Assembly: GCA_902797265.1 (NCBI GenBank)
Contig: CADBSF010000045.1
Span: 1 to 42,971, forward strand
DNA: 42,971 nt
Direction: 5' to 3'
From: an uncultured Erysipelotrichaceae bacterium
GTDB taxonomy: Bacteria > Bacillota_I > Bacilli_A > RF39 > UBA660
Both the position numbers and the translations under genes were made by a program. The notes under the pieces were generated by a model. It ran no database searches, was not told the origin of the DNA, and worked only from the letters and a program-made list of their open reading frames with translations. Below, piece by piece: positions 10,639 through 20,145 of this stretch. Positions within the stretch are counted from its first letter, which is position 1, and every line of letters begins with the position of its first letter.

Positions 10639-10660
10639 GAGTAATTCCTAGTTTTCTTTT
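10635..10660 (+). terminator. CTAG-family hairpin containing the stop codon
   Basis: ctagga-gtaat-tcctag plus ttttctttt. Confidence 0.7.
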
Positions 10661-10720
10661 ATTAAAATTTAAAACGATTATCAACCAGTCCATGATATAA
10701 TAAGATTGTGAGGTGTAAAA

Positions 10721-11833
10721 ATGAATCAAAATCGTGAAATAGTAGTGATTAAAACAAGTATAATCAGTATCCTTTCAAATATTCTTTTAGCGGGCTTTAA
10801 AGCATTTGTAGGATTATTAGCGAATTCTATCGCAATTATTTCGGATGCTGTAAATAATCTAAGTGATGCTTTATCAAGTATTATTACGATAGTAGGAACA
10901 AAACTAGCAGGAAAAGCACCTGATAAAAAACATCCATATGGATATGGAAGAATTGAATATATGACTTCTATGATTGTATCTGTTATCGTTTTATATGCAG
11001 GTATTACAGCATTTATCGAATCGTTTAAAAAAATCATTCATCCTGAAGTTTCTGATTATAGCATGTTAACATTAATTGTATTAATTGCTGGTATTATCAT
11101 TAAATTTACTTTAGGTATTTATGTTAAGAAAAAAGGAAAAGAAGTTAATTCTGACTCTTTAGTAGCAAGTGGTTCTGATGCGTTTAATGATGCCATCTTA
11201 TCAATTTCTGTTTTGGCTTCTGCCATAATTTATATGGTATTTCATCTAAGTTTAGAAGCCTATGTTGGTGTATTATTATCCATCTTTATTATGAAAGCTG
11301 GTTTAGAACTAATCAGAGAATCGATTGATAATATGCTCGGAGTTAGAGTAGAAAGTCATCTTGCTAGATCAATAAAAAATGAGATTGTGAAAGAAAAAGA
11401 AGTACAGGGGGCTTATGATTTAATATTAAATGATTATGGACCAGATACATATTTAGGTTCCGTTCATATTGAAGTAGCTGATACTTTATCCGTAGCTGAT
11501 ATCGATCGAATATCAAGAAATATCACAGATAATATCTTAGAAAAATATGGAGTAGTTCTACATACAATAGGAGTTTATTCCATTAATACAAAAGATAAAA
11601 AAATAATGGAAGTCAAAAAAGAAATTACGAAAATAATATTTACTCATGAAGGAATATTACAGATGCATGGTTTTTATTTTAATGAAAAAGATAAAAGAAT
11701 TAGTTTTGATATCATTATTGATTTTAAAATAAAAAACCGAGAAGAAGTCTATCAAGAAATATATGATGAAATACAAAGAAAATATAAAGGTTATCAAATA
11801 GAAATAAAATTAGATATAGATGTAAGTGATTAG
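10721..11833 (+). CDS. Cation diffusion facilitator (FieF-like) transporter with extra C-terminal domain
   Basis: SIAIISDAVNNLSD, PDKKHPYGYGRIEY, SDAFND; TGATATAAT at 10693. Confidence 0.92.
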   Translation: MNQNREIVVIKTSIISILSNILLAGFKAFVGLLANSIAIISDAVNNLSDALSSIITIVGTKLAGKAPDKKHPYGYGRIEYMTSMIVSVIVLYAGITAFIESFKKIIHPEVSDYSMLTLIVLIAGIIIKFTLGIYVKKKGKEVNSDSLVASGSDAFNDAILSISVLASAIIYMVFHLSLEAYVGVLLSIFIMKAGLELIRESIDNMLGVRVESHLARSIKNEIVKEKEVQGAYDLILNDYGPDTYLGSVHIEVADTLSVADIDRISRNITDNILEKYGVVLHTIGVYSINTKDKKIMEVKKEITKIIFTHEGILQMHGFYFNEKDKRISFDIIIDFKIKNREEVYQEIYDEIQRKYKGYQIEIKLDIDVSD

Positions 11834-11844
11834 GAGGAATTAGT

Positions 11845-12393
11845 ATGTCAATATATGATTATTCGTTAGTAGATCGAAATGGAACAAGCATAAACTTAAT
11901 AAATTATAAAGGTAAAACTTTGATTATTGTAAATACCGCAACAGGTTGTGGTTTTACTCCTCAGTATGAAGGATTAGAAGACTTATATAAAAAATATCAT
12001 GAGAAAGGATTAGAAATCATTGATATTCCTTGCAATCAATTTGGAAAACAAGCTCCAGGTAGTGATGATGAAATCCATGAATTTTGTATTTTGAAATATA
12101 ACACATCTTTTGATCAATTTAGAAAAGCAGATGTGAATGGAGAAGAAGAACTTCCTTTATTTACTTATTTAAAAGAACAAATAAAAGAAGATAAAATAAA
12201 TGGAATGAAAAATAAGATGGCTATGAAAGCAATTGAAAAAATAAGTAAAACTGCTAAAAAAGAAGGAGATATTAAATGGAATTTTACTAAATTTTTAGTA
12301 GATAGAGAAGGAAATGTAGTTGAAAGATATTCTCCAACCTATAAACCAGAAGATATGGAAGAGAAATTGAAAGAATTAATAGAAAAAGAATGA
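11845..12393 (+). CDS. Glutathione peroxidase family (Cys-type) peroxidase
   Basis: VNTATGCGFTPQY, PCNQFG, WNFTKFL. Confidence 0.95.
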   Translation: MSIYDYSLVDRNGTSINLINYKGKTLIIVNTATGCGFTPQYEGLEDLYKKYHEKGLEIIDIPCNQFGKQAPGSDDEIHEFCILKYNTSFDQFRKADVNGEEELPLFTYLKEQIKEDKINGMKNKMAMKAIEKISKTAKKEGDIKWNFTKFLVDREGNVVERYSPTYKPEDMEEKLKELIEKE

Positions 12394-12419
12394 AAGATTA
12401 GAGAATTCTAGTCTTTTTT
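12393..12419 (+). terminator. CTAG-family hairpin terminator
   Basis: aaagattaga-gaat-tctagtcttt (one G-U pair) plus T. Confidence 0.75.
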
Positions 12420-12436
12420 AGTATAAGAAAAAAATA

Positions 12437-12493
12437 TTGACTTATTTTTTCTTATCAAGTAGAATAAAATTTAAATGTTGTTATTGGATAACA
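12437..12493 (+). promoter_or_regulatory. sigmaA promoter with downstream palindrome
   Basis: TTGACT(12437)-17-TAGAAT(12460); TGTTAT-tgg-ATAACA at 12479-12493. Confidence 0.6.
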
Positions 12494-12523
12494 GGATTAA
12501 AATTATTCAGAGGGAGAAATAAT

Positions 12524-14797
12524 ATGAAGAAAATATTAATTTTTACATCTATATTCATTTTTGCATTCTTATTTTCTATTATTAATGTTTTTGCTGAAGA
12601 AGATAATATAGATGAAATAATTGCAACGATGAGTAATGAAGAAAAAATTGCTCAAATGATTATGCCAGCATTTAGAACTTATAAAGTGGGAGATAAAACG
12701 AATGTTATTAATACGGATAATATTCAAGAAATTCTTTCCGCTTATAGTTTTGGTGGAGTTATCTTATTTGCTGAGAATACAACAACTATTGAAGATACCA
12801 TGAGATTAGTGGATTTGTTACAAGAGACAAATAAACAAAATAACGGACCACAATTACTAATTTCGATTGATCAAGAAGGTGGATATGTAACTAGATTAGG
12901 AATTGGTACAGAACTACCTGGTAATATGGGACTAGCTGCAACAGATGACCCAGAGAATGCTTATGAGGCTGGAAAAATAATTGGAGAAGAATTAAGTCTT
13001 CAAGGAATTAATACCAATTTAGCTCCAGTAGTGGATGTAAATAGTAATCCAAATAATTCAGCTGATGGACTAAGAAGTTTTTCAGATGATCCTGAAGTGG
13101 TTGCTGAATATGGAGAAAAATTTATGGAAGGGTTACAAGATGAAGGAATTATTACAGCATTAAAGCATTTTCCAGGAGAAGGGGATGCTGAAGATGATCC
13201 TCATTCAGGATTAGCAACCATTAATAAAACTTATGAAGAATTAAAAAATAGTGATTTGATTCCTTTTCAAGAATTAATTAATAATGGAACAGATATGATT
13301 ATGGCTTCTCATGTACAATATCCTAATATAACAGAAGAAACTTACGTTTCAAAAAAAGATGGACAAACCTATACGGTACCTACCTCTTTATCAAAAACAT
13401 TTTTAACAGATATCATAAGAGAAGAAATGAATTTTGAAGGTGTTATTGTAACGGATGCTTTTGATATGAAAGCTATTACTGAACAATTTGAAAAAGAAGA
13501 GGCAACAATTAGAGCTATCAATGCGGGAGCTAATATAATTCTTATGCCATTTATTTATGACTATGAAAAAGAAGAACTATTGGCTTATATTCAATCTTTA
13601 GCAGCAAAGATAGGAACAGAAATAGATGAAGCTAAAGTAAATGATTCTGTCAAAAGAATTTTAACTTTAAAACAAAAAAAAGGACTATTAGAATCATACG
13701 ATGGTTCTAATATAGAAGAAAGAATCACTCAAGCAAAGAATTTAGTAAGCTCTAGAGAAAATCATGAGAAAGAATTTGAAATTACCAAAGAAGCAGTTAC
13801 GATGATTAAAAATGAGAATAATGTGTTACCATTAAATCCAGAAGAAAAAACAATTATTTTCTATGAATATGCTTCTCATTTAGCTGCTCTTGATAATGCG
13901 ATTACCTATTTACAAAGAGATGGAACTGTTATGTATCCAGAAAATATTACTATGTATAATTTCTATGATAATACAGGTCTTCCATTAGAAAAATTAGAAG
14001 AACAATTAGAAGGTTATGATAATGTAGTAATGATTCGTGCTCAATATCATAACTATGATTTAAAAGATCCAGATTTAGATAAGATGGTTGAGTTAATCAA
14101 ATATGCTCAAGGAAAAGGAAAGAAAGTAGTATTTATAGAAAGTCATTTACCTTATGAAATCATTAAATTTACAGATGCAGATGCTTTACTATTAACTTAT
14201 CTTGCTAATGGTATTCGTTTTATGATAGATGATTATGAGTCAGAAATACCAAAATATGGACCTAGTATTATTGCTGGTCTATATATGTTATTTTCTGACA
14301 AGACTAATATGAATGGAATATTACCAGTAAACATTTATAATATCGATGAGAATGAAGAATTTACAGATGAAGTAGTTTATCCGAGAGGATTTGGATTACA
14401 TTATATACAGGAATATCATATTGTAAGTGGAGATAACCAAGATTTTGATAATAATAATGATTTAGTTATTGTAGCAGATGGAAATATCGATGATTTATTG
14501 ATGATAACAATTGATGGAAATGAATTAGATGCATCAAATTATGCATTAACATCTGAAAATACCACTGTTACTTTATTCGCTAGTTATTTATCATCTCTTA
14601 ATATTGGAAGTCATACTTTAATTTTTGTTTATAAAGATGGTTCTGTTGATGCAACATTTAGTATAAAAGATTTATCAACAAATACTTCTAATCCTGCAAC
14701 AGGAGATAGGATTAATAATTATCTCATGATGTTAATCCTTAGTATAATTACTTTTATGGGAATTGGATTGTTTTTCAAAAAAAATAGAATAGACTAG
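12524..14797 (+). CDS. Surface-anchored GH3 glycoside hydrolase (beta-N-acetylhexosaminidase-like) with Ig/X2-like domain
   Basis: Start likely 12524 (RBS agggag, signal peptide VFA); SIDQEGG, LAPVVDV, RSFS, KHFPG, VTDAFDM; NPATGD + TM + KK. Confidence 0.9.
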   Translation: MKKILIFTSIFIFAFLFSIINVFAEEDNIDEIIATMSNEEKIAQMIMPAFRTYKVGDKTNVINTDNIQEILSAYSFGGVILFAENTTTIEDTMRLVDLLQETNKQNNGPQLLISIDQEGGYVTRLGIGTELPGNMGLAATDDPENAYEAGKIIGEELSLQGINTNLAPVVDVNSNPNNSADGLRSFSDDPEVVAEYGEKFMEGLQDEGIITALKHFPGEGDAEDDPHSGLATINKTYEELKNSDLIPFQELINNGTDMIMASHVQYPNITEETYVSKKDGQTYTVPTSLSKTFLTDIIREEMNFEGVIVTDAFDMKAITEQFEKEEATIRAINAGANIILMPFIYDYEKEELLAYIQSLAAKIGTEIDEAKVNDSVKRILTLKQKKGLLESYDGSNIEERITQAKNLVSSRENHEKEFEITKEAVTMIKNENNVLPLNPEEKTIIFYEYASHLAALDNAITYLQRDGTVMYPENITMYNFYDNTGLPLEKLEEQLEGYDNVVMIRAQYHNYDLKDPDLDKMVELIKYAQGKGKKVVFIESHLPYEIIKFTDADALLLTYLANGIRFMIDDYESEIPKYGPSIIAGLYMLFSDKTNMNGILPVNIYNIDENEEFTDEVVYPRGFGLHYIQEYHIVSGDNQDFDNNNDLVIVADGNIDDLLMITIDGNELDASNYALTSENTTVTLFASYLSSLNIGSHTLIFVYKDGSVDATFSIKDLSTNTSNPATGDRINNYLMMLILSIITFMGIGLFFKKNRID

Positions 14798-14817
14798 GAG
14801 ACTCTCCTAGTTTTTTT
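14793..14817 (+). terminator. CTAG-family hairpin containing the stop codon
   Basis: actaggag-act-ctcctagt plus T tract. Confidence 0.8.
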
Positions 14818-14889
14818 GTATTATAATCAATCAAAATATGATATAATGAAAAAGATGATATTATATTACGAAAGACTAGGAGAAATTTT

Positions 14890-15378
14890 ATGAAAAAATA
14901 TTTATTATTATTATTAGTTGTGTTATTAGTAATATCAGGATGTAGTAAAGAAGTTAAAACAGAAGATAATAAAACATTGTTTACTTGTACCAAAAAGGGA
15001 GTAAAAGAAAGTAGTAAAGTAACAGATGATACCTATACAAAAGATATCAAATATCAAGCTAAGTTAGATGATGATGGGAAATTATTACATTATACAACAG
15101 ATTTTATCTATTATTATGAATCAGTAGATAGATGTAATTACTATTGTGATTTAAAAACTGAATGGACTAACGATATTAATAAAAAAAATTATTCTGGATT
15201 TAAGAGAATTGTTAATTGTAATTGTAGTAAAGAAAAGAAAGTACAAGAAACAAGTGAATATGATATCAATAATCTAGATTCTTTCTTAAGAGATGATATT
15301 CAAAAAATGAATAGTGATAATACTTTTAGACTAGATGAATGGTTAGAAAAATATGAAAAAGCAGATTATAATTGCTAA
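14890..15378 (+). CDS. Cys-containing lipoprotein (paralog of 31340..31846)
   Basis: Lipobox VISGC; ends YNC; TGATATAAT at 14839. Confidence 0.75.
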   Translation: MKKYLLLLLVVLLVISGCSKEVKTEDNKTLFTCTKKGVKESSKVTDDTYTKDIKYQAKLDDDGKLLHYTTDFIYYYESVDRCNYYCDLKTEWTNDINKKNYSGFKRIVNCNCSKEKKVQETSEYDINNLDSFLRDDIQKMNSDNTFRLDEWLEKYEKADYNC

Positions 15379-15391
15379 AATAGGTGAATAT

Positions 15392-15892
15392 ATGAAGTAT
15401 ATAAAAGAAAACTTTAATTATTTATTATTTTCTTTTTTTCTAATATCCATCTTTTTTTGGTTTGTAGAGATAGGATATTCATTAATTATTAGACATAAAT
15501 TAGTTTTTCCAGGTGCTTGGTATGGGCCTTATTGTCCCATTTATGGATTTACATTCTTCATTATATATCTAGTATTTAGAAAAGAAGATCATATTCTTAT
15601 TAATATCATTAGAATTGCGATTACGGTAACAGTAATGGAATACATAATATCTTTTATTTCTGACACATTCTATCATCATATTATTTGGGATTATTCTAAT
15701 AAATTTATGAATTTAAATGGAAGAGTTTGCTTAGAAATGTCTACTATTTTTACCATTACAGGAATTCTATCAATGTATACAATTGTTCCTGTTACGAAAT
15801 ATCTTTATCAAAAATTAGAAAAAAACGTTACTTATATTAATATTATTTTAAGTATTTTTATGGCAATTGATATGATTATTACTTTAACCTAA
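15392..15892 (+). CDS. Putative ABC-transporter permease-like membrane protein (CmpB/TMEM229 family)
   Basis: GPYCPIYG, EY, WDYS...NLNGRVCL motifs; start likely 15392 (RBS aggtga). Confidence 0.8.
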   Translation: MKYIKENFNYLLFSFFLISIFFWFVEIGYSLIIRHKLVFPGAWYGPYCPIYGFTFFIIYLVFRKEDHILINIIRIAITVTVMEYIISFISDTFYHHIIWDYSNKFMNLNGRVCLEMSTIFTITGILSMYTIVPVTKYLYQKLEKNVTYINIILSIFMAIDMIITLT

Positions 15893-15972
15893 TAGGAAAT
15901 CTTTTCTTACTGTTAAAAATCATTGCTTGAGGCAACGACATGTTTCTAGTAAAGTGATTTAGTGAAAGGAGA

Positions 15973-16500
15973 ATGAATTCTATGTTAAAAGATAATTTAA
16001 AAACATTAAGAAAAAAGAAAGGACTTTCTCAAGAAGAATTAAGTAATCAATTACATGTTGTTAGACAAACAATTTCAAAATGGGAATCTGGATTATCTGT
16101 TCCAGATGCAGAAATGTTAATCATGATATCAAATTTTTTTGAAACACCAGTAAGTACGATTCTAGGAGAGAACATAGAAGAGAAGGATGAAAATGATTTA
16201 AAGATATTATCGGAAAAATTAGAAAGATTGAATGAACAATTATCCATTTATCAAAAGAAAAAGAGAACTAAAGTGATTTTATTATTAGTGATAATAGATT
16301 TTTGTTTATTATTATCACTTATCTTATTAGGACTATTAGGCAGTCCTTATCAATCATGGAATAATCAAGATTCAGAATGGATGGTTATTAAAACTTTATG
16401 GCATTCCTTTGAATGGATTTATTTTAAAGTTGCTCCAATTTTTATTATTGGAATTACAGTCATATTAGGTATCTTTTGTATTAGAAAGAATAGATTATGA
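15973..16500 (+). CDS. XRE-family HTH regulator with two C-terminal TM helices
   Basis: LRKKKGLSQEELS..LHVVRQTISKWESGLSVPD. Confidence 0.9.
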   Translation: MNSMLKDNLKTLRKKKGLSQEELSNQLHVVRQTISKWESGLSVPDAEMLIMISNFFETPVSTILGENIEEKDENDLKILSEKLERLNEQLSIYQKKKRTKVILLLVIIDFCLLLSLILLGLLGSPYQSWNNQDSEWMVIKTLWHSFEWIYFKVAPIFIIGITVILGIFCIRKNRL

Positions 16501-16524
16501 TATAATAGAAACAGGGAGTTTAAA

Positions 16525-17145
16525 TTGAGTATGGAACAATTAGAAAAAAGAATTCAAATAAATGATAATCGTATCTTAATTTATAATATTTCTAAAGGAT
16601 ATGCAAAAGATACTTATACGATTATGGAAGGATTTCTAGACAAGGGAGATGTCATAAAGACTTATACGTTATCTCAATGGGATGATTATGGTTTCAATGG
16701 ATGGGTAAATCAAGAAAAAGGGATGAATAGAATCTCTTTTGAATTTGATAAGAACCATCCCTTATACTTACCTTTCTTTCATTTATTAAATTATGATAAA
16801 GAACTATTAATAGAAGATGATGATACAATAGAAGATGATATTAATTATTTATTAGTTTATAGAAAAAATCAAAAAATATATATGGATTTCATTGATAATA
16901 TAGAAGATAATTCTTATAAAATGGAAAAATTTTATGTATTTATCAAAAATATTGGAATAGATGGTAGAAGTAAAATTGATCAGAAACAAAAAGATACCAA
17001 AAGAAGATTATTTACTTTTTTTCATGAAGTATATGAAGAATTGATGAATGATTATCAGCAGATAAGTATGGAGAGTTATTTATTAGATAATAATACGGAT
17101 GATAATTATAAAGAAATGCAAAAAGTTTTTAAAAGAAAAATTTAA
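16525..17145 (+). CDS. Hypothetical protein
   Basis: 206-aa ORF, RBS agggag, TGATATAAT overlapping the upstream stop; start 16525 (TTG) or 16531. Confidence 0.75.
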   Translation: MSMEQLEKRIQINDNRILIYNISKGYAKDTYTIMEGFLDKGDVIKTYTLSQWDDYGFNGWVNQEKGMNRISFEFDKNHPLYLPFFHLLNYDKELLIEDDDTIEDDINYLLVYRKNQKIYMDFIDNIEDNSYKMEKFYVFIKNIGIDGRSKIDQKQKDTKRRLFTFFHEVYEELMNDYQQISMESYLLDNNTDDNYKEMQKVFKRKI

Positions 17146-17220
17146 ATAAAATAGATATAGAAATACGATAAGATATGTTATAATATATTTGTTAGTAAAT
17201 ATAAGATAGAAGAAGGAGGA

Positions 17221-17964
17221 ATGATTATGGAAAATAATCAAACTAACATGGGAACGAATGAAAAGAAAAAATCTAATATTGGTCTTATTATCATTATTAT
17301 CATTTTAATATTACTCTTATTATGTACACTATGGTTTTTCTTATTGAGAGGAAAAGATAATGCAAATACCAATAATGGAAACAGTAATACGAATAGTTCC
17401 GAAAAAGCAGAGAAAAAGGATGATAAAACTACAACAAGTACAGGATATGAATATGATTACAAAGAGGGAGTATTAACTCAAATTGTAGATGAGGAAGGAA
17501 ATCCAAAACAAACAGACTTTGTCATTGATGGAATAATCCTTGTAGGTAATAGACATAATTATGCTGGTCTAGAAGCTGAATCAGAAGGAATCATAGAAAA
17601 AATAGTTTCACAAGGATATAAAAAAGAAGGTATTAATTCATCTTTCTATTTAAATGAATGGATTGAATTCTATATTGATACTAAATATAGTGGATCTGTT
17701 GATGATGTTAAGATTTTAGTTACACCACATAAAACAGTAGAAGAATTAGAAAAAATGTCTTTATCAAAATTAGAAGAATTAGCTAATGATAACGGAGGAT
17801 TTGTATTAGATTATAAGACTCCTGAAGTAGATAATTATAAATATGTGGGTAATGGATATGTAAATATGGATTATCCAGAAGGTAAATACGATATCTTGTT
17901 TACTTATAAAGGTAAATTAGCTTATTTCATAAATATAGCAGAAACAAAAGAACCTACTGAATGA
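17221..17964 (+). CDS. Membrane-anchored hypothetical protein
   Basis: Single N-terminal TM, N/S/T-rich linker, RBS aaggagg. Confidence 0.8.
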   Translation: MIMENNQTNMGTNEKKKSNIGLIIIIIILILLLLCTLWFFLLRGKDNANTNNGNSNTNSSEKAEKKDDKTTTSTGYEYDYKEGVLTQIVDEEGNPKQTDFVIDGIILVGNRHNYAGLEAESEGIIEKIVSQGYKKEGINSSFYLNEWIEFYIDTKYSGSVDDVKILVTPHKTVEELEKMSLSKLEELANDNGGFVLDYKTPEVDNYKYVGNGYVNMDYPEGKYDILFTYKGKLAYFINIAETKEPTE

Positions 17965-17970
17965 TAAGAG

Positions 17971-18000
17971 AAACTAGAGAATTCTAGTTTTTTCTTTTTT
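17971..18000 (+). terminator. CTAG-family hairpin terminator
   Basis: aaactaga-gaat-tctagttt plus T tract. Confidence 0.8.
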
Positions 18001-18230
18001 TGAATGTTTATCAAGATGCTAAGATAAAGCATAATTTTTCATAGGAAAGAAGAGAACTAATTACGAAGATTATAGAATATTTAGAAACTGTTATAGATAA
18101 TCAAGCAATTAGTAATCATATGGAAAATGAAGAACAAATAAAAGAAGAAAAAATAATATCTATCAACCAATTACGTAAAATTAAAAAAATAGATAGTTAT
18201 TTTTTATTGTATGATATAATAGATTTATAA
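18000..18230 (+). pseudogene. Probable 3' gene remnant with an internal stop
   Basis: One frame reads LNVYQDAKIKHNFS*ERRELITKIIEYLETVIDNQAISNHMENEEQIKEEKIISINQLRKIKK...; no promoter or RBS. Confidence 0.45.
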
Positions 18231-18253
18231 GTAAAATTAGAGGAGAGAATGAA

Positions 18254-19222
18254 ATGAAAAAAAGAATTTTTTATGGAATGGTAATTATGATAATTACTTT
18301 ATTTAGTATCATGCCAAAAATTGTTAATGCTGAGACAAAAGATGTATGGATTGATAATACCGTTGATAATAGTACAACGGAAGTAACTGGATTATTAATA
18401 GTTAAAAATTTGATAACAGGAGAAGAAACAACTACTACTTTATATGATGAAGTAGCAGCTTCAACTTATTCTGAAGCATCTAATCCTTCCATTTTGGTTA
18501 TGATAGATGAAGCAAAAACAACTTTAGCAACAAAAGCAAGAGAATATCAAGAAGAATTTGATGTCACAACTATTATAGTAACGGAATCTACAGGAAAAGT
18601 ATGGGATAATCGAGTATATGAAACAATTGAAGATAATGATGCTGTTTTAATTGGTGATGCTGATTATATCGGTGGTTCATATGGAGTAAGTGATCCTAAA
18701 GCAAGAACTCATATTGCATCTGGAGATTATGGAAAACAACATTTTTATCGAGTAGAAGCTTACGTTGAAATTACTGGAGAAGAGGAAAACAAACTAGAAA
18801 TATTGGAAGGAAATAAAACTTATATAAAAGGAAGCAATACCGATGTTGTTTTAATAGCTAGTGGTAGTTTAGCTGATTTAAAAGGAATTGAAATTGATAA
18901 TGGAAATCCTATTCCAGAAGAAAACATGACTTTAGCTGAAGGAAGTACTATTTTGACATTAAAAGCTGCTTTCTTAGAAGCAAGTAGTCTTGGAGAACAT
19001 ACTATTACCTTTAAATATGAAAATGGGGAAGTTGAAACAAAATTAACAATTGTTGAAAAAGAAGAAGAAAAACCAAATAATGAAGTAATAGTAGAAAACA
19101 ATACAAATAATCCTAATACAGGGGATATCATTAATCAAAATTTATTAATGTTAGGTATTAGTATCTTAGGATTTATATCATTAGGTATTTTATTAAGAAG
19201 AAAAAAGATTAGTACAATCTAA
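18254..19222 (+). CDS. Surface-anchored protein with Ig/X2-like domain, N-terminal domain unknown
   Basis: Signal peptide (VNA); GSTILTLKAAFLEASSLGEHTITFKY; NPNTGD + TM + RRKK. Confidence 0.8.
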   Translation: MKKRIFYGMVIMIITLFSIMPKIVNAETKDVWIDNTVDNSTTEVTGLLIVKNLITGEETTTTLYDEVAASTYSEASNPSILVMIDEAKTTLATKAREYQEEFDVTTIIVTESTGKVWDNRVYETIEDNDAVLIGDADYIGGSYGVSDPKARTHIASGDYGKQHFYRVEAYVEITGEEENKLEILEGNKTYIKGSNTDVVLIASGSLADLKGIEIDNGNPIPEENMTLAEGSTILTLKAAFLEASSLGEHTITFKYENGEVETKLTIVEKEEEKPNNEVIVENNTNNPNTGDIINQNLLMLGISILGFISLGILLRRKKISTI

Positions 19223-19231
19223 TCTTTTTTT
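19201..19231 (+). terminator. 12-bp-stem terminator overlapping the stop codon
   Basis: aaaaaagattag-tacaat-ctaatctttttt. Confidence 0.8.
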
Positions 19232-19301
19232 GATAAAACTATTTGTTTTTTCTTAATAATTGATATAATAGAAGTAACGAGGATTTTATATGAAAAAATA
19301 T
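19227..19301 (+). repeat. 75-bp direct repeat, copy 1 (promoter + RBS + first 4 codons)
   Basis: Matches 21015-21089 with 2 mismatches; first 51 bp identical. Confidence 0.95.
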
Positions 19302-20072
19302 ATTATTATTTTAACTTTATTTGTTCTTATGTTATTACCTATAAGGGTATTTGCATTAGAAAATGATTCGGAGAGTCAATCAAAATTTAAAATTTCAATT
19401 TCAACTGAATTGAATACTACTGATGTTGATATGTCATCATATCATTTTGATGATAGTACATCAAGATTATCAGAATCTATATCAAAAATAAGTGAATATT
19501 TGAAAAATAGTAAGATTGCAAATAACTCATTATTCAAAGATTGTGATATTGAGAATAAACTAGGAAAAGATATACCTGTTACTAGTAGTTTTGATATAAG
19601 TAGTCTTGTTACGGAAACTAATTCAGCTAAGTTTAATTTTGATGCAAACATTTCTAAAGATTCTTACAATAAACCAGTTATTGATTATGATATAAAGGGA
19701 GAAATACTATCTACGATTACAAATGATAAAAATTTATATCAAAATGCAAATTTAGACTTAAATAATGATCAACTTGGATTGGAAAATACTTTTAATAGGG
19801 TAACTACTAGTTTAGCAGGTTTCACATTTCAAGTAGATTCTAATAACAATAATAAATTCAATATCTTAACGGGATATTCCGATAGTAATAGTCATGTTTT
19901 ATTCATAGAAGATATTGATACAACATTAAATTATGGTTATTCTAATTCTCATAGAATTGCAAATCTTATTACTTATCAAGATAAATTAAATAGAAGAACG
20001 ATTTATTCTGGAGAAGATAATTTATTTTTAAATTGTATTGACAATTATCGAACAATATTAAACTATAAATGA
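19290..20072 (+). CDS. Secreted hypothetical protein
   Basis: Signal peptide ending VFA; S/N/D-rich. Confidence 0.75.
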   Translation: MKKYIIILTLFVLMLLPIRVFALENDSESQSKFKISISTELNTTDVDMSSYHFDDSTSRLSESISKISEYLKNSKIANNSLFKDCDIENKLGKDIPVTSSFDISSLVTETNSAKFNFDANISKDSYNKPVIDYDIKGEILSTITNDKNLYQNANLDLNNDQLGLENTFNRVTTSLAGFTFQVDSNNNNKFNILTGYSDSNSHVLFIEDIDTTLNYGYSNSHRIANLITYQDKLNRRTIYSGEDNLFLNCIDNYRTILNYK

Positions 20073-20145
20073 AATAACAAATATGCTAATGAAGTATAAT
20101 ATTGTTTAAAAATTTTTAATTTATTAGTTAAAAGGAGATGATTTT

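Noticed and set aside
12437-12523. N-terminal extensions given by the ORF track (also at 15353, 31319, 40324)
   Set aside because: Downstream ATGs have proper RBSs and give sensible N-termini; the 12437 TTG is part of a -35 box.
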